Shown here: positions 24,901 through 38,324 of the stretch, one piece after another
Layout: every line of letters starts with the position of its first letter
How positions within the stretch are numbered: position 1 is the first letter of the stretch
Assembly: GCA_025558095.1 (NCBI GenBank)
Contig: JAIVFI010000035.1
Coordinates: 310,001-374,000, forward strand
Origin: Hyaloraphidium curvatum SAG 235-1
Taxonomy: Eukaryota > Fungi > Monoblepharomycota
Length of the DNA stretch: 64,000 nucleotides
Direction of reading: 5' to 3'
Notes under the pieces: generated by a model
What the model saw: the letters and a program-made list of their open reading frames with translations, nothing else
Database searches by the model: none
What the model was told of the DNA's origin: nothing
Program-made: the position numbers and the translations under genes

Positions 24901-26325
24901 GTGGGTGAATGCAATCATGGACACCCTCGCTGGACTCGCGTTGGCTACCGAGGAACCCACGCTCGAAATCCTGGATCGCCCTCCGCAGGGAAAGGACTCA
25001 GCTTTGATCACCGAGAACAGTGAGTGCCGCGCAGGTAGCAAACGGAATTGCCACGCCTGACTCGTTGCACAGTGTGGAAGATGATATTCGTGCAAGCTAC
25101 TCTTCAAATCACTGTTTTCCTGGTGCTGCTGTTTTATGGGCCGTGGATGCTCGGGTGCGTCCTTGCCTTTCTCCGGACATGGCGCGTATGATGACGATAA
25201 GATTGCAGTCTTCAGTACCTGGCTGCCGCTGGCGGTATCACGCATGACCTTGATACGGTCCAACCACCGCCCGGTTTCCCCGGGACGCAGCCCGAGTTCT
25301 CGCAGCTGTGCTGGGACCAGAAGCGTCAGCTCCGCAGCGTCATCTTCAATGCCTTTATCTTCATGCAGCTTTCGAACGAACTCAATTGCCGCAGGCTGGA
25401 TAACAAACTCAACGTTTTCGCCAACCTGAGGCACAACCTCGCTTTTGTCTACGTCACTGTCTTTGTGCTCTGTGTCCAGCTGATCATGTGGGCTTGCCCC
25501 GCCGCAGGCGCAGTTTCTAGTTGACTGACCGGGCTCCGTCAGAATGTTCTTTGGTGGCGCCGTGTTCCGCGTCACGCGACTCTCCGAATTCGAGTGGGCT
25601 GTTTCCGTCGGCCTAGGTAGAGCTTCGAAGAGTTGCTCCGATGCGCATTGCTGATACTGATCTCGTCTTCCCGCACACCAGGCCTCCTTTCGCTACCGGC
25701 CGGGGTTCTCGCCAGGCTCGTCCCGAACGACGTCATCTTCTTTTGGAAACGTTGGCTTCCGGACAGCGGGATCGCGCAAGCGGCACTGGAACCACCTGTG
25801 GCCGAGCCGTCTCCCGGCGAAATGGGCGCGTCACCAACGGAAGCTCCGGTGACATCTTCAGGTGCTTCTCCATCCGAGGAGTCTCGGCCGTATGAAGTGT
25901 CGCTCTCGATCACACCGGTTCAGTCGACAGAGAGAAGCGCGACCCCTGTCCGCCCCTCTCGATCTCCGGAACCGCCGGACCACACCGGGCACCCTCCTTC
26001 ACGCCCTCGCTCCCCATATGGCTGGGATCGCTTGACATTCTACCGCCAACTCCGCGGAGGCCGCTTGCTGGTCGCGGATGCGTCCAGCATCGCGAGCTCC
26101 GGGCGCGCACCAAAGCGCGAGCTCTTTTACAAGAGCCCCGCTGTCCGGCGCTGGACGGTCGTCCAGGATGCGGTGATGAACAGGACGCTGAAGCGAAACC
26201 AACGACCAAGTGCCGACATGGACCGATTGCTGCCCGAGGCGCCGCAGACGCTGGAGCCGGAAGAGGATAACGGCCAAGGGCGCGCAGATTCCCCAGAAGT
26301 GTCGATTGATGCCAATGACATCTGA
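21970..26325 (+). CDS. PMC1: P2B-type (PMCA/Pmc1-like) calcium-transporting P-type ATPase, multi-exon
   Basis: DESAATGES, VAVPEGLPLAVT, CETMGGATCILSDKTGTLTQN, KGASE, MVTGDN, VTGDGTNDAPALK, KKFLQFQLTVN, LLWVNAIMDTLAGLALATE. Confidence 0.9.
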
Positions 26326-26332
26326 ATCGGTC

Positions 26333-28757
26333 TCAACCCGGACCAAACCCATTCTGGTGAATCCACTCCAGGACCATTTCGTCGATATCGTCCCATTCTC
26401 CCTCTTTGAGCGGTGCGAGATGAAGCATGCTGGAGTTCGAAGACCACGCGGATCCAGGAGAGAGTGATTGGGAATGCAGCGGGGAAGAAAGGTTCGTCGC
26501 TGCCGATTGAGCCAGGGTGCCGCTTCCCAATGCGGTGCTGTGCTTTACGCCGGCGATTCCATGCGCCACACCGACGCCTCGCCGGCTCAGCCGCGGCCTC
26601 GGTTTGATTTTGGCACCCCGCTTGCACATCTGGAAGTACAGCCGCGTGTAAACGCGGACATAGATCTGGAAGACTTTCCAGGCAGTCCATTGCTTGACGA
26701 CGTCCTCCACCCAGGGCCGTTTTGCAATGGCGGCTTCCAGCGCCTCCCTCGGCAGCACGTGGGCCGTGACGAAGGTCAGGCACCGAGCGTCGCGCGCCGG
26801 ATTGACCTTGCGCATGCACTCGGTGCCGATCGTATCCCCACGCACGTAGACGGTTCCGTCGAGGCCGACGACCCCCTTTTGCAAGAAGTAAACTCCGTCG
26901 CATCCACCTGATTCCCACAGCAGCTGGTTCGGGGACCAGACGCGGATTCGAATTGCCGATGAGAGCTCTACGATCATGGAAAGGTCCGTCGCAACGAAGG
27001 GAGTGATGTACGGAAGCGAGGATATGAGGATCGCGAAGAGATCGATGGAAATGAGCGCCCTGGTCGAATCTGGGAGTGCTCGTAAGAGTGTGTCGAACCT
27101 GGAAGTGAGGCGCCACTCGTCAGGCTGGATCCGGAACCACCGCGATGCCAAAGCTCACTTTGCGATGTGCTCGACGCTTCGCCGCTCCTCCCAGAATCCA
27201 ACGACCTTGCTCCCGTACTTGTCCTTCCTGACTCCCAAGGTGCTCAACATGTCCGAGTACTTGCTGAGGTGGTGCTCATGTTCGAGCTGATCTCGCTGCT
27301 TGACCGAAGCCCGCGCAGTCAGGCTCGGTAGAAGGTACAAGACGACGCAAAGCGAGATCAGGCTCATTATCCCGGTGAGGACGTACTCGCGCTCCGCACG
27401 AGGGTACAGCAAGGGGTGTGCGGAGGGCGAGCTGAGCGCCACCGTGAGGGCGCCGTAGTGGAAACAGTACATGTACTTGAGCCACGTCGGCGTCGTCCGG
27501 AACTGCCAAGCCCATCCCGGATCCTCGTTCGGGTGAAAGTGTCCGTCGGACACAAACTTGTACGCGCAAGCAAACCAGTGAGACAGTATGAACAGCGTGA
27601 AGATGTACTGTTCCAGGAGAGGCAGGAGTCAAAATTCAGTGGATGAGGTGTACACGACCGAAGATACCTTGAACGCAGTGACAGCTCCGGAGCGGATCCA
27701 ATGCGGGCCCTCTTGTTCCAACTGCTTGATTTTCCGATTTGCGCGCAAGACCCTCAGAAGTTTGAGCAGCCTCGTCAGCCGCAGGACGCGCAGGAGGCGC
27801 AGGAACTCGAACGAGTCCTCTTGGTTCGGCACAAAGAAGACGATCAGCTCGAAAGGTATAGTCGACACGAGATCGACGAAGAACCAGGTGCGAATGTAGT
27901 GCATCGCGATCTTCTTGTGTGTGCGGATCACAGTGTCCGTGGAGGGATCGTGGTAGGCGGTGCAGAACTGGACCATGATGTCAAAGAGGAAGCAAAAGTC
28001 CACGACCCGATTGAGAAGAAATAGAACGTCGATGCCGTCTGACTGCAGGAATCTTTGGCGGAGATTGAGGCCCAGTCTACTGAGCAAGCCACCGGCAATG
28101 TCTACCCACGCGACTTCAAAGGGGGTCAAGATGCTCGTCCAAATCAGCAAAATAATGGTTATCATGTCCCATCGCATCACGAAAGGCGAGTGCGCATCGA
28201 GCAAAGGGAGCGATCCTACTTGGTCGGCCACCACGACGTACGGCTTCGGGATCCTGTGCGACACGAGGTGCGGGGGAAGTCCGATAAGCGACGTGTTGGG
28301 TCTCCATCGCACAATGCTGGTGGAGAAGTGTTCCGGTAAGCGTCACGGTGACCGAAGAGTGATTCCGGCCCGGATAGCCCACCCGTCCTTGACCGATTTC
28401 CGGACGGGGATGCGCATGAAGTCCTCGACCCCGTCCGTCCCGGTTTTCCTCGGGAAGGGTGTCTTAACGAAGCCTTCGTTGACCACGGGAAGAATGGAGG
28501 CTCCGCCGCCGTTTGCGTCCGAGACGACGACGTCGAGCACGCGAAGGACTTGGTGCACCACCCTGGAAGGCTTCAAGCATTCGGCGTGCCGAAACCATTG
28601 AGTCCAAGTCGATTTTAACTTGGACGGATGTTCTTTGGCCTCTTCCGGGTCGAAGGCGTCGTTTGGATCCGGGGCAAAGGGGTCGTAGGCGGCCGACGCG
28701 CGCTCCAGTGCTCTCGGCCCGGAACCCTGGGCGATGAGCCGGCGGAGGAAAGCCATG
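26333..28757 (-). CDS. CNBD-family (CNG/HCN/KCNH-like) 6TM ion channel with degenerate pore
   Basis: S1 WDMITIILLIW...PFEVAW; S2-S3 DIMVQFCTAY...YIRTWFFVDLVSTIPF; S4 LRLLRVLRLTRLLKLLRVLR; C-linker and cyclic-nucleotide-binding-like domain. Confidence 0.8.
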
Positions 28758-28870
28758 GCAAATATCCCGGGACAAGGCTTTTGCAATGTTTGGCAGGCTA
28801 TTGGATCCTCCTCCAGCCAGCCATCGCGCCAGAATTGTGGTCGGAAAGTGGGTGGAGGAACGAACAACCA

Positions 28871-29974
28871 TCACCTCCTCCAACGAAGCTCCCACACCTC
28901 ACGCCCCACCCCGGCAGCGACGTCTAGCACTTTTCTCGCGTCCATGCGGCCCCTACGTTCGACCTCCGCTAGGAAGTCCAGGAAGGTACCGGTCAAGCCA
29001 AAGTAGACGCGCTTGGCGGCGACAAGGGCTACACCGTCAGTTGCCAGCGACGCTTCAATGCAGTCCAGGAGAGATCCATGTGCTTGACGTCGATAAATTG
29101 TTTCGGACGTGAGCACCAGATCGTACGGCGGCGACAGAAGGGGAGCCAGACCCGCCCAGTCCCCTGACAACAGCCGTACGGTCCCGCCAGCACCCGCTTG
29201 AGCCAAGTCAAGCTCCACGTCTTCGTCGGAAGGTTCAGGGCCAAGGTTGAGGACGACATTGGGTGCGGTAACGAGCTGGAGAACGAGCTCGTTCTGCACA
29301 ATGGTCAATCCACCAAGCGACTTGGACACGGATCAATCGCACTCACATAGTCCTGCAGGTGCACGGTGGAAGCTACTTTAGTCAGGCAGTAGATGCCGGG
29401 AAGCGCGGAACCACAGCCGAGCTCCAGCACACGTTGCCCGCGCAGAGAGCTCTGCATGGCAGCCAAACACCTCAGCAGGTCGTGGGCGCATTCCCAGGTC
29501 TTCAAGCCTCCTTCGTACTAAGCTCGTCGCCAGAGCGAGTGTCAGACGATTCCGACGCGTGGACGGCAGAGCTTGCCAACAGACCTCTCCGGCGATCAGA
29601 TCGGTGCCTTCCACGACCGAGCGAGCAATGCTGGAGTAAGCGGCGAGGTCGTCCGCAAGCGCGACGGAGAACTTGACGTCGGAGAGGTCACGCTTCAGCA
29701 GCGTGAACGGGGCGAAAGCGTCCTCGCCTGCCACAGGCGAAATGCGGACCCGTTCCCACAGGACCCGTGCAGGCTCCAATGTGTCGACCAACAGCTCAGC
29801 AGCAGGAGCAGGTTTCGAAGGTCCTGGTTCGGCGTCCTCTCGCCGTCCAGCAAGATTGGAGCCGTCCGAAGTTCGAGCAGCGGGCTGCACTCCATTCCCC
29901 TCGGCGGAATCTGCGATCCCATCTGCCTCATCTTCGAGGTCCTGCTCGACGGCAAACGCGAATTTGAACGGCAT
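28871..29974 (-). CDS. histidine protein methyltransferase (Hpm1/METTL18-like)
   Basis: RDLSDVKF, DLIAG.YEGGLKTWEC, RVLELGCGSALPGI, YDLVLTSETIY, VAAKRVYFGLTG. Confidence 0.88.
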
Positions 29975-30152
29975 TTCCCTCTGCAGCGCCCAGCAGGGAG
30001 CACGATTTGCTTGTTATCGATCGCGGAGTGGCCGTCCGATCGCGCCGACGGACGGAGCGGACGACCGCGCCAGCCGGACAAGCTTGAAAGAGCCGGTGTC
30101 TCCCGTCATACGGAAACGACTTGGGACCTCTCTAGCTCTCTAGTTACCACAC

Positions 30153-31764
30153 ATGGCAGCCACCCAAGTGGCCACGGAGACCTTCTCGCTGGTGGACGCT
30201 GCTCTGGCCGAGGCGAAGCAGGACTTCCAAAAGCGCAACCCGAAATCACTCGAGCACTATGAGTCCGAGGCGACACAGCGGGTTCCGGGGGGCGGTTCGC
30301 GTCTGACGCTCGTGCACCCCGTAAGTCCGGCGCTAGGTCGCGGGAGCTAGCGCGTCTGACCGTCTTGCAGCCCTATCCCCTGTTCGTCACCAAGGCCCGC
30401 GGCAACCGCCTTTGGGACCTGGACGGACACGAGTACCTCGGTGGGTAGATACGTCTGCGACGCTCAAGATTCGCTGCTAAGACGGCTTTGCGGTAGACCT
30501 CTTTGGGGACGCCACCGCCGGCATCTATGGGCATTCGCATCCCGTGATCCACCGAGCTCTCCAAGCGGCGATGGATGTTGGCCTGAACTTGGGCGGGCAC
30601 AATCTTTACGAGGCGAAATTCGCGCAGGAGGTGTGCAGGAGGTGGAACCTCGACCTTGTCCGCTTCACCAACTCCGGGTGCGTCTTTCAACTGGTGGATA
30701 TCTTCCGTCGCTGACAGCTTGCTGTAGCACCGAAGGAAACCTCATGGCGATCCAAAATGCGCGCATCGTGACTGGGCGCGACAAAGTCATGGTCTTTGAT
30801 GGGTGTTACCACGGCGGATGCTTCATCTTCCGCGGCGGACCCACCCCCATCTGCGCGCCCTTCGACTACTGCATCGGGCGGTTCAACGACGTGAACCACA
30901 CGCGGGAGCTTATCAGGCAGAACGCCAAGGATCTTGCCTGTGTGATCCTCGAGGTCATGCTCGGCGGCGGCGGGTGCATCCCCGCCTCCAAGGAGTTCAT
31001 ACACATGCTCCGGGAGGAGACGGAGCGCGAAGGGATCTGTCTGATCTTCGATGAAGTCATGACGAAGTGGGTGTGCCTCTTAAGGAGGTCTGGTTGCACC
31101 GCTGGGGTGCTCGCCGTCTTGCCTCGGCTTGAAGTTCGCTGACCGCGGCATTTGCAGCCGCCTGTCGCCTTCCGGGATCTCTACACTCTACGGTGTCATG
31201 CCCGACATCACCACTCTGGGCAAATCCATCGGCGGCGGCATGAGCTTCGGGGGATGGGGCGGCAAGGCCAAATACCTCTCTCGGTTCGATCCGAGGAGGG
31301 CAGACGCGCTTCCACACGCCGGCACCTTCAACAACAACTCCATCTCCATGACCGCAGGCTACTTCGGGATCACCGAGGCTTTCACCGAAGAAGCCTGCGT
31401 CGCCCTCAACGCCAAAGGGGACAGGCTGCGCGAGCGACTGAACGAAACTTGCCGGAAAGCCAGTGCCCCGCTCTTGTTCACCGGAATCGGCAGCATGCTC
31501 TGCGTTCACGCCACGATCTTGCCTACTCTCACTACCGTCGAACAGATGCGCACCCACACCTCGCAGGCTTTGCGTGAGCTCTTCTTCTTCGACATGCTGA
31601 CGGCCGGCATCTGGGGCTCCAAGACCGGAACGATCAACCTCTCGCTGCCCTTCAGCGATGCGGACGCGGACTTTTTCGTCTCGGCGGTCGCTGCCTGGAT
31701 CGACAAGAGGAAGCCGGTGTGGGACGAAGTCCGTCGCGAGCTTTCGGCAGCGGGCAAGCTTTAG
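30153..31764 (+). CDS. class III PLP aminotransferase (beta-amino-acid / GSA-aminomutase-like), multi-exon
   Basis: PGGGSR, RFTNSG|TEGNLMA, YHGG, LIFDEVMT, DITTLGKSIGGGMSFGGWGG, HAGTFNNN. Confidence 0.88.
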
Positions 31765-31943
31765 TTGCAGAAGGATCGCTGCGAAGCATGAAATGTATTC
31801 GTTGGAGTCGGATTTGAAATCGATGTCGATGTTGAACGTATTTCGCCGAGTGAGGCGTCCACGAGCTGGCCGCCGACCTGGCCGCCGACGGCTCCCGGGT
31901 CATCACCGTCCGGCCGTCCGGAGAAAGACAGAAGGGGCCCGTG

Positions 31944-33347
31944 ATGGACCTCACGCGCCCCGCCACGTCCTTTTGGACGCGGCATCGCAACAAGTTCTTC
32001 ATCGCCGCGGGCGTCGTCTCGTCGGCGTACCTCGCAGGACAATGGGTCTCGGCCAAGCTGAGCGAGATGAACGAGCGCGCGGCCCTCGAGCGGACGGCAC
32101 GGGACAACCTGAAGAAGCGATTCGAGCAGAATCAGCAGGACTGCAGCTTCACGACGATGGCATTGCTGCCTGATTTGGGCGAGAGGTGCGCCTTCCCGGT
32201 CCCGCGCGTCGTCCTCCCCTGACACGATCCTCCGCCGCCGGCCACGCGCATCAGACTGCTGAGCGAGTTGAACGTGGAGGCCTTGACGGCCAGGCTGCAG
32301 CAGAAGCGTGCCCTTGCGCCGGCCGGAGAGTCTGCGGAGGGAGGCGATGGGCAAGCCGAAGCCCAGCAACCGGAGCTCGACAAGCGCGAGAAGCTGCGCC
32401 TCTGGAGCGAGCTCAAGACCATGGCCTTCACGAGGACCGCGTCTTCGGTCTATCTGGTCTCGCTGCTGTCGATGCTCACGCATCTGCAGCTGAATCTGCT
32501 GGGACGCTTCATCTACCTGGATTCGGTGGTGCAGATCGATTCTCAGACGACGACGCCGACCGTGTCGCTGGAACTGGACGGGGAAGCGAAGCCATCGCTG
32601 GATGCTCAGACGGAGCGGCAGTACCTCCTTTTCTCCGCGTACCTGCTCACCGAGGGCTGGCGCCGCCTGGTCGATCGCGTGAAGCACGCGGTGGAGGAAA
32701 CGGTCGGCAACGTGGATCTTCGCCAGCCCGTCACGTACGACGATCTCGTTACGTACGTGGAGAACATTCGCGCCAAGGTCGAGGTCGAAGAGGCACCCTC
32801 GCAAGAAGCTTTCGGACGCGGCGTGTCGGGGTCCTCGACCATCCCCAAGGGCCTCCCGCACTCGTTCGAGCAGTACTTGCTGCCCGAACCCGGCTCGTCC
32901 GAAGAGCTGGATGTGCTCCGCAACGCGTCGCACAACTCGGAGGAGAGCATCTCGCCCCAGTTGGCCGGCCTGCTCGAGACGTCGCACCGCCTCCTTGGCG
33001 CGAGGGATTTCCAGGCCGTTCTCCGCGGCGCATTGGACGACGGCTTCGAAATCCTGCTCAAGTCGCTCAAGTCACCGACCTTCTTCCCGCGCGAAGTCCC
33101 CGGTGCCCCGGCCCCGGCGCTTCGGGAAGTGCAGGATGGCGAAGCGGAGCCCGCCTCCGGTCCGACCGGGGAAGAACGTGGCCTGAGCCCCCCGATGGCT
33201 TCCATCCTGCCGCCGGTCACGAGGCAGGTGCACCAAGTCCTTCACTCGGGGCTGCCGAACGAGTACCTCCGAGCGATCGGGGAGAATGTGGGCGTGAAGG
33301 GCTGGAGCGCCGTTGTGTACGCGGGATTCTCGGGTGATTCGTTCTAA
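31944..33347 (+). CDS. PEX3: peroxin Pex3
   Basis: RHRNKFFIAAGVV TM segment, ARDNLKKRFEQNQQDCSFT, KLRLWSELKTMAFTR, QLNLLGR. Confidence 0.92.
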
Positions 33348-33400
33348 CGCGACTAATACAAAAGCAAACTGCGGCAAAAAGAAGCTACATGCCCATTTGA

Positions 33401-35921
33401 TCACTGTCCGTCCCGCTTTTCGAACTCGGCCACAACTTCACGGCCGACGCCAAGGCCCACGGCATTCTCCTTCAACCTTTCGAGTTCCTCCGCCGTGGCT
33501 TCCTCGTACCCATAACCTGCCAGTTCCCCTGCAAGCTGTCGCAGAAGCTTCGCCACCATCTTCGCGTGCAGCCACGTAACACCCATCTCCTCCAAAACCG
33601 CGACGAGCGTCCGTACCCCGAGGCGAGCCCGATCGATGATTCCCCGAACGTTCGGATCCGTGCTGGTGTGGTCGCAGTTCCTCAGGCTCAGCAATTGGAC
33701 CAGTCCCGCCTGGAAGAACATCCACGGGGTGATCTGCGCCAGTTGCTCTGGTCCATCCTCCCACGGCGCCCGCGACCGGGAGACAAACAGGTCCGCGAGG
33801 CGCAGCACGCTGTCGGCGTGTTCCACGCACGTCAGAAAATGCGGAGAAGCGATCCAATCAACGTCCCGCGCCATCGACGAGAGCACGCGAGGGCGGTGAA
33901 GAACGATCTGCACCGTGTGGTAAAACGTGCTCATCATGACGTCGAAAATGGAGCTGACGTCCCTCCCGAAATGAATTTTGGGGAAGAAAATGCGCGTGAA
34001 CTGCAAAGTCTCCGGGGCCTGGACCTCGGAGCTCTTCATTTCGGGGGGCACCGCCTGCCACCAATCCTCGATTGCCTCCTCGAGAGCCTTTAGCTCCGCG
34101 GCGCATTCCGCACTGAAGGGGCTGATCCCTTTCAGAGCACAGCGTTGATGGAAGGACAGAACCCGCGCGAAAGCCTGAAAGAGCACGCAGCAATAGCCGA
34201 AAGGGTCGAGGTTTGCCGGAAACGCAATTTTGCCGGTCGGAGATAGGCGCTGCGCCCGCGTTAGACCCATCCACTCCAGTGCAACCTCGGCCGGTGTGTT
34301 CAGCTTAGTGAGGTCGGCGTCAACGAGAATGGCAGGGTAGGGCTCGATTTGGAACAGGCCCGGCCGCGGGCCCGCTTCGTCGGTGAACTCGAAGATCTGC
34401 TGGTCGCACGGCATGGAGACGCGACACTCCTCGTCCTGGATCATGCAGCTTCTGTCCGACGCAACGGCACCCTCTCTGTCGAGAATGTACGCGGTCCACC
34501 ACGCCCTCCGGCGCTCCTCCTTTTCCGCCCACGTCATGGGCGGGTCGTCGGGACCAAGAGTGGCCTTGAATTCTTCGGAATCCGGGTCCAAGTTCAACTT
34601 GATGTCCTGGGCGACGCGGATCATTATCCCAGCCTGAAGCCACTCTTGCGATCGGGGTGCGACCGTGACGACGAGGTGCAGGATCATGTGGATCAGACCC
34701 TGAACAGTGCTGAGAGACCCCCCCGATTCCAAAGTGGGATAGAGCAGCGCTTTTGCCTTCTGATAGAAGTAGTCGGGAGCCTGCAAATGCCCGAGATTAG
34801 GAGGCGGTCTGCGGGGCCCATGCGGGCACGACGCCGACACGTACGGCCGCGGGATCAATGGCTGGGTGCTTGGAAAAGCGACATGCCAAGCAGCACATGG
34901 CATAGAGGAGAAAGCGATCGTGCTCGGCAAGCGGCTTGGCCTTGAAGGACGCCGGGTGCAGAATCGGGAACCAGAGGAATCCGGGCGACGTCCAGTACGT
35001 GTTGTAGACGATGTCTTCCATGGCAGCTTCCGGCCCGACTTGGTCCCCGGAGGCGCCCGACTCGGACCCACCGGTGCCGACGCGTAAAGGCGGCGAAGCG
35101 GCCGACAAAGGCTCGGCGTCCGATCCGTCAAAGGTGTACGTGCCGGCGAGGGATACGTCGGGATCGGCCCCGAACGACGACGCACGATCCGAACCTGGAC
35201 CGCCGCCATCGACTGGGTCGAGAAAGTAGCTCATCCCGCCGTCGAGATCCAGGGCTGCCGAGGTAGGAAAAGGAAGCAGGGGTCCGGTGCCGAAGGAGCG
35301 CAGGACCTGTTCCGAGAGGAACTCGAAGCTTGCTCCCGGAACCGTCACGGGCATCGCAGCCTGAGGATTCAGCGGATCGATGATGACGGCAGGTGCGGCG
35401 GAGGTGGCCGACATCGCAGGAACTCCCAGGGTCCCCAGAGTTCCGCTGAAAGAGTAGCTGAGCGCCGGAGCAGCAGCGCCTCCAGACGGCCGCTGCATCG
35501 AAAAGAGCTCGAAATCGCCGCTGGTTTGCTGAGGGGCAGGCGCCGCCTGGCGAGGCAAGCGGAACACGGCAGGGTCCTGCGCCAGCATGCCGCTGAGCGC
35601 GGCCAGGTCCGCCACGGGAGCCGAGGGCCGGCGAGCAACGGCGGACTGGCGAGGGTAGGGCTCCGGCCTGTCGGTACCGCCCTTCTGAAGCATTTCCTCC
35701 AGCTGGCGGATGCGGGTGAGCAGCGCGGACGGCCGCCCTTTTGGGGGACCCCGCTTTCGCGTCGTGCGGGCATAGACGCACTCCTCGTTGGCGAGTATGC
35801 AAGGAGAGCAGCGGGGCTGGGCGTTGTCGCAGCGGGATTTGCGCTTCGCGCACGCGTCGCAAGCCCGCGAGGCTCGGACGCGGCGGGGACCGTCCCCTCG
35901 GTCGCCTTCGTCGCGGATCAT
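33401..35921 (-). CDS. Zn(II)2Cys6 fungal transcription factor with fungal-specific middle homology domain
   Basis: CDACAKRKSRCDNAQPRCSPCILANEEC; FPILHP; EERRRAWWTAYILDR. Confidence 0.92.
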
Positions 35922-36852
35922 GTCGCCCTCGACAGCAGATGCTGCGCTGGATTCCAAACGGCACAAAGCAAAGCAGGAGTCGGAAAGGACTGTTGGCGAG
36001 CCGCGAGTCTCCCAGCGGAAGAGGATGGCAGTCGGTGGTCGTGCGCCGCTGCACCCTTCCCCCTCTCACTCTCGAATGTCCGCGTGATCACACAAGGCCA
36101 CAATTCTGATTGTTTTAAAATAGCAAAGATCGGTTTCATCACTGACTACAGGAACTCTGGGGAGAGGTTGGAGGAGATGAACTTGGCTCAGCTTCTTTGT
36201 TACAGAGGAAACGAGCTCAATTGCTGCAGAGGCGTCATTCTCCGTCGCAACCGGTACCGTGGATACTAACCCATCATCATCAATCGCGAGCGAGGCAAAG
36301 ACGTGAACGCTCCGGCTGTTGGCGGTCGTCTGGGCCAGATTTCGAAGGACACTGGATCCACAACCCTGGGAGAGCAAAAGGAAAACAGAGCCTGAGATGT
36401 GGTTCCGGTGCAATAGATCTGACGGCTGCTGACCCCTGATCTCGGCACTCGATTCGACAGTTGCGAGGAAGTGGAATTGGGAGCGCCCGTTGCCGTAGAT
36501 CTCGCTCCGAGAGGGCCCGACGCCGGTTCGACGTGTCTTGCCATGCCAACAGAACTAAAGAGAGATGGCGATAAAGATCCAAGCCGTGCCTGGACAGTAG
36601 GAGTCCGATGTGCCAGGGCCCAACACCGAGGCGCGGATCGCCGGCAGAAGTTCACAGGGCGGCTCATGCCGGTAGATCCGTATCGAGAATCCTTCTAGCA
36701 GCTGGGAATGCTCAACTACGACGCGTATCGGGCCGCGATGGCGGCGTTTCGGCGGTTGAGTGAAGCGGTCTCGATCGAGCAGCAGCGCGTCGCGGCGTTC
36801 GTTCATTCTAGCTCCCCTCCGAATCCCACTCGCATTCCAGTCGCTGCTATCG

Positions 36853-38042
36853 ATGACGAAGCGGAAGAACGGCGAAATGAGCAGTGCATCGGGCTCAACG
36901 GCACCTGCTGGAAGCCGGCCCCGTCGCGCGGCCGCTCCGGTTGACTACAACGAGTCGAAACGACCGTCGCGGAATGCGGGAACCCAAAGGACCACCACGA
37001 ACCGCGCGCTCCCAAAGAATCCGAAATCTTCTGACGGAGCTTCGAGCGATGAGCCGGACGAAACTCGGGATCCTCCGCCGCTGCCGAGGTCGCCCGAACG
37101 TCGGAAGGGGACGACTGTCACGAGCTCGTCCGGGCCGAAGGTCGGATTCGAGGACAGCGACGACGAGTTGCCGACCATCGAGCATCTGATTAGGAGCAGC
37201 CCGCTCTCGGTGACGAACGGGATCGGTGGCGTCGCGGTCTCGTCGCCCGTTCCGCACAGGATTCGGGGGTCGTCGCCCGTTGCGTTCTCCTACGATTCCG
37301 ACGATGATGACGCGCTGGCTCCAAGCTGCGGCGATGCCGTGCTGGCCCGATACAAGGGCTCTGTTGATAAGAGATACTACCCGGCCAGGATCACGAAAAT
37401 CGAAGGAAGCGGGAGGTTCACCGCGGAGTTCTGGGACGGGAGCGTGCGAAAGCTGGATCGCGGCGACTTTTTTCTCCCGAGGGACCAAAAATTCGCATCG
37501 TGCAAGGTAATCTCTTTTGGGGCTCTTTGGATACGACCACTGAGTGTGCCCGGATTCAGATCGGAGAGCTCCCCGACACTTTCTTGCACGACGAGGAGTA
37601 CGTCGACGAGGCGCTTTCCACCAAGGTTGCCGAGTACATTCCGGAACTTCTCAACGTGCTCCGCAATGGGTGCCACCGCCTTTCCCTTTTGCTGGCATCC
37701 AAGCAATCGCAGAACGCTCTGAAAGAGCTCCGCGCACTACAAACCTGCGGCGCGTTTTCGTCGGATCAGTGGGAGCTCATTGTGCGAGAGCTGCTCGCGG
37801 CCTTGGAGACGGAGCATCCCGACCCCGATTACAAGTCGTGGGAGCCGCGGGACAAGGACTTGCTCGTGCGCGCCGTGCTGCTTCCGGAGTTCTGCAAGCG
37901 CGATGTCATGGCTGTCACAAAGTGCAGCGAAGAAGAAGCCGAGGTGGCCATCATGGACTCGAAAACGCCGGCCAGCGTCGGGACCGGCACGGCCTGGGTC
38001 GAGCAACTTTTGGCGACGAGGACGCTCTATTCGTCTATGTGA
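36853..38042 (+). CDS. Tudor/Royal-family domain protein; possible further 5' exons back to ~36300
   Basis: GDAVLARYKG...YYPARITKIEGSGRFTAEFWDGS Tudor-like fold; intron near 37507-37558; upstream VVWARF..PW segment is PWWP-like. Confidence 0.55.
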
Positions 38043-38324
38043 ACGAGAGGTCAAAGTGGACACTGCATGTCCAGCTGTGCAGATGAGTCAAATCCAACAG
38101 TCCCAACAGACGGCGTCAGTGGCATGGTCATGCTTCGGAGCTCCTCCCGACCACCGGAACATGGGCGCTCGGGGCCAGGATCGGTGGCGTCTGCGATGCG
38201 ATTGGCGGCGTCCGCGAGGGGATCGGAGGTGTGCCGCGGCGGGCAAGCACTGTCGAGAAGGCGTCCTGCCAGTGTGTGCGAGCTCTGAGCGCCCCTGTAT
38301 AGCGCGTCAATCGAGATGGGAGCA

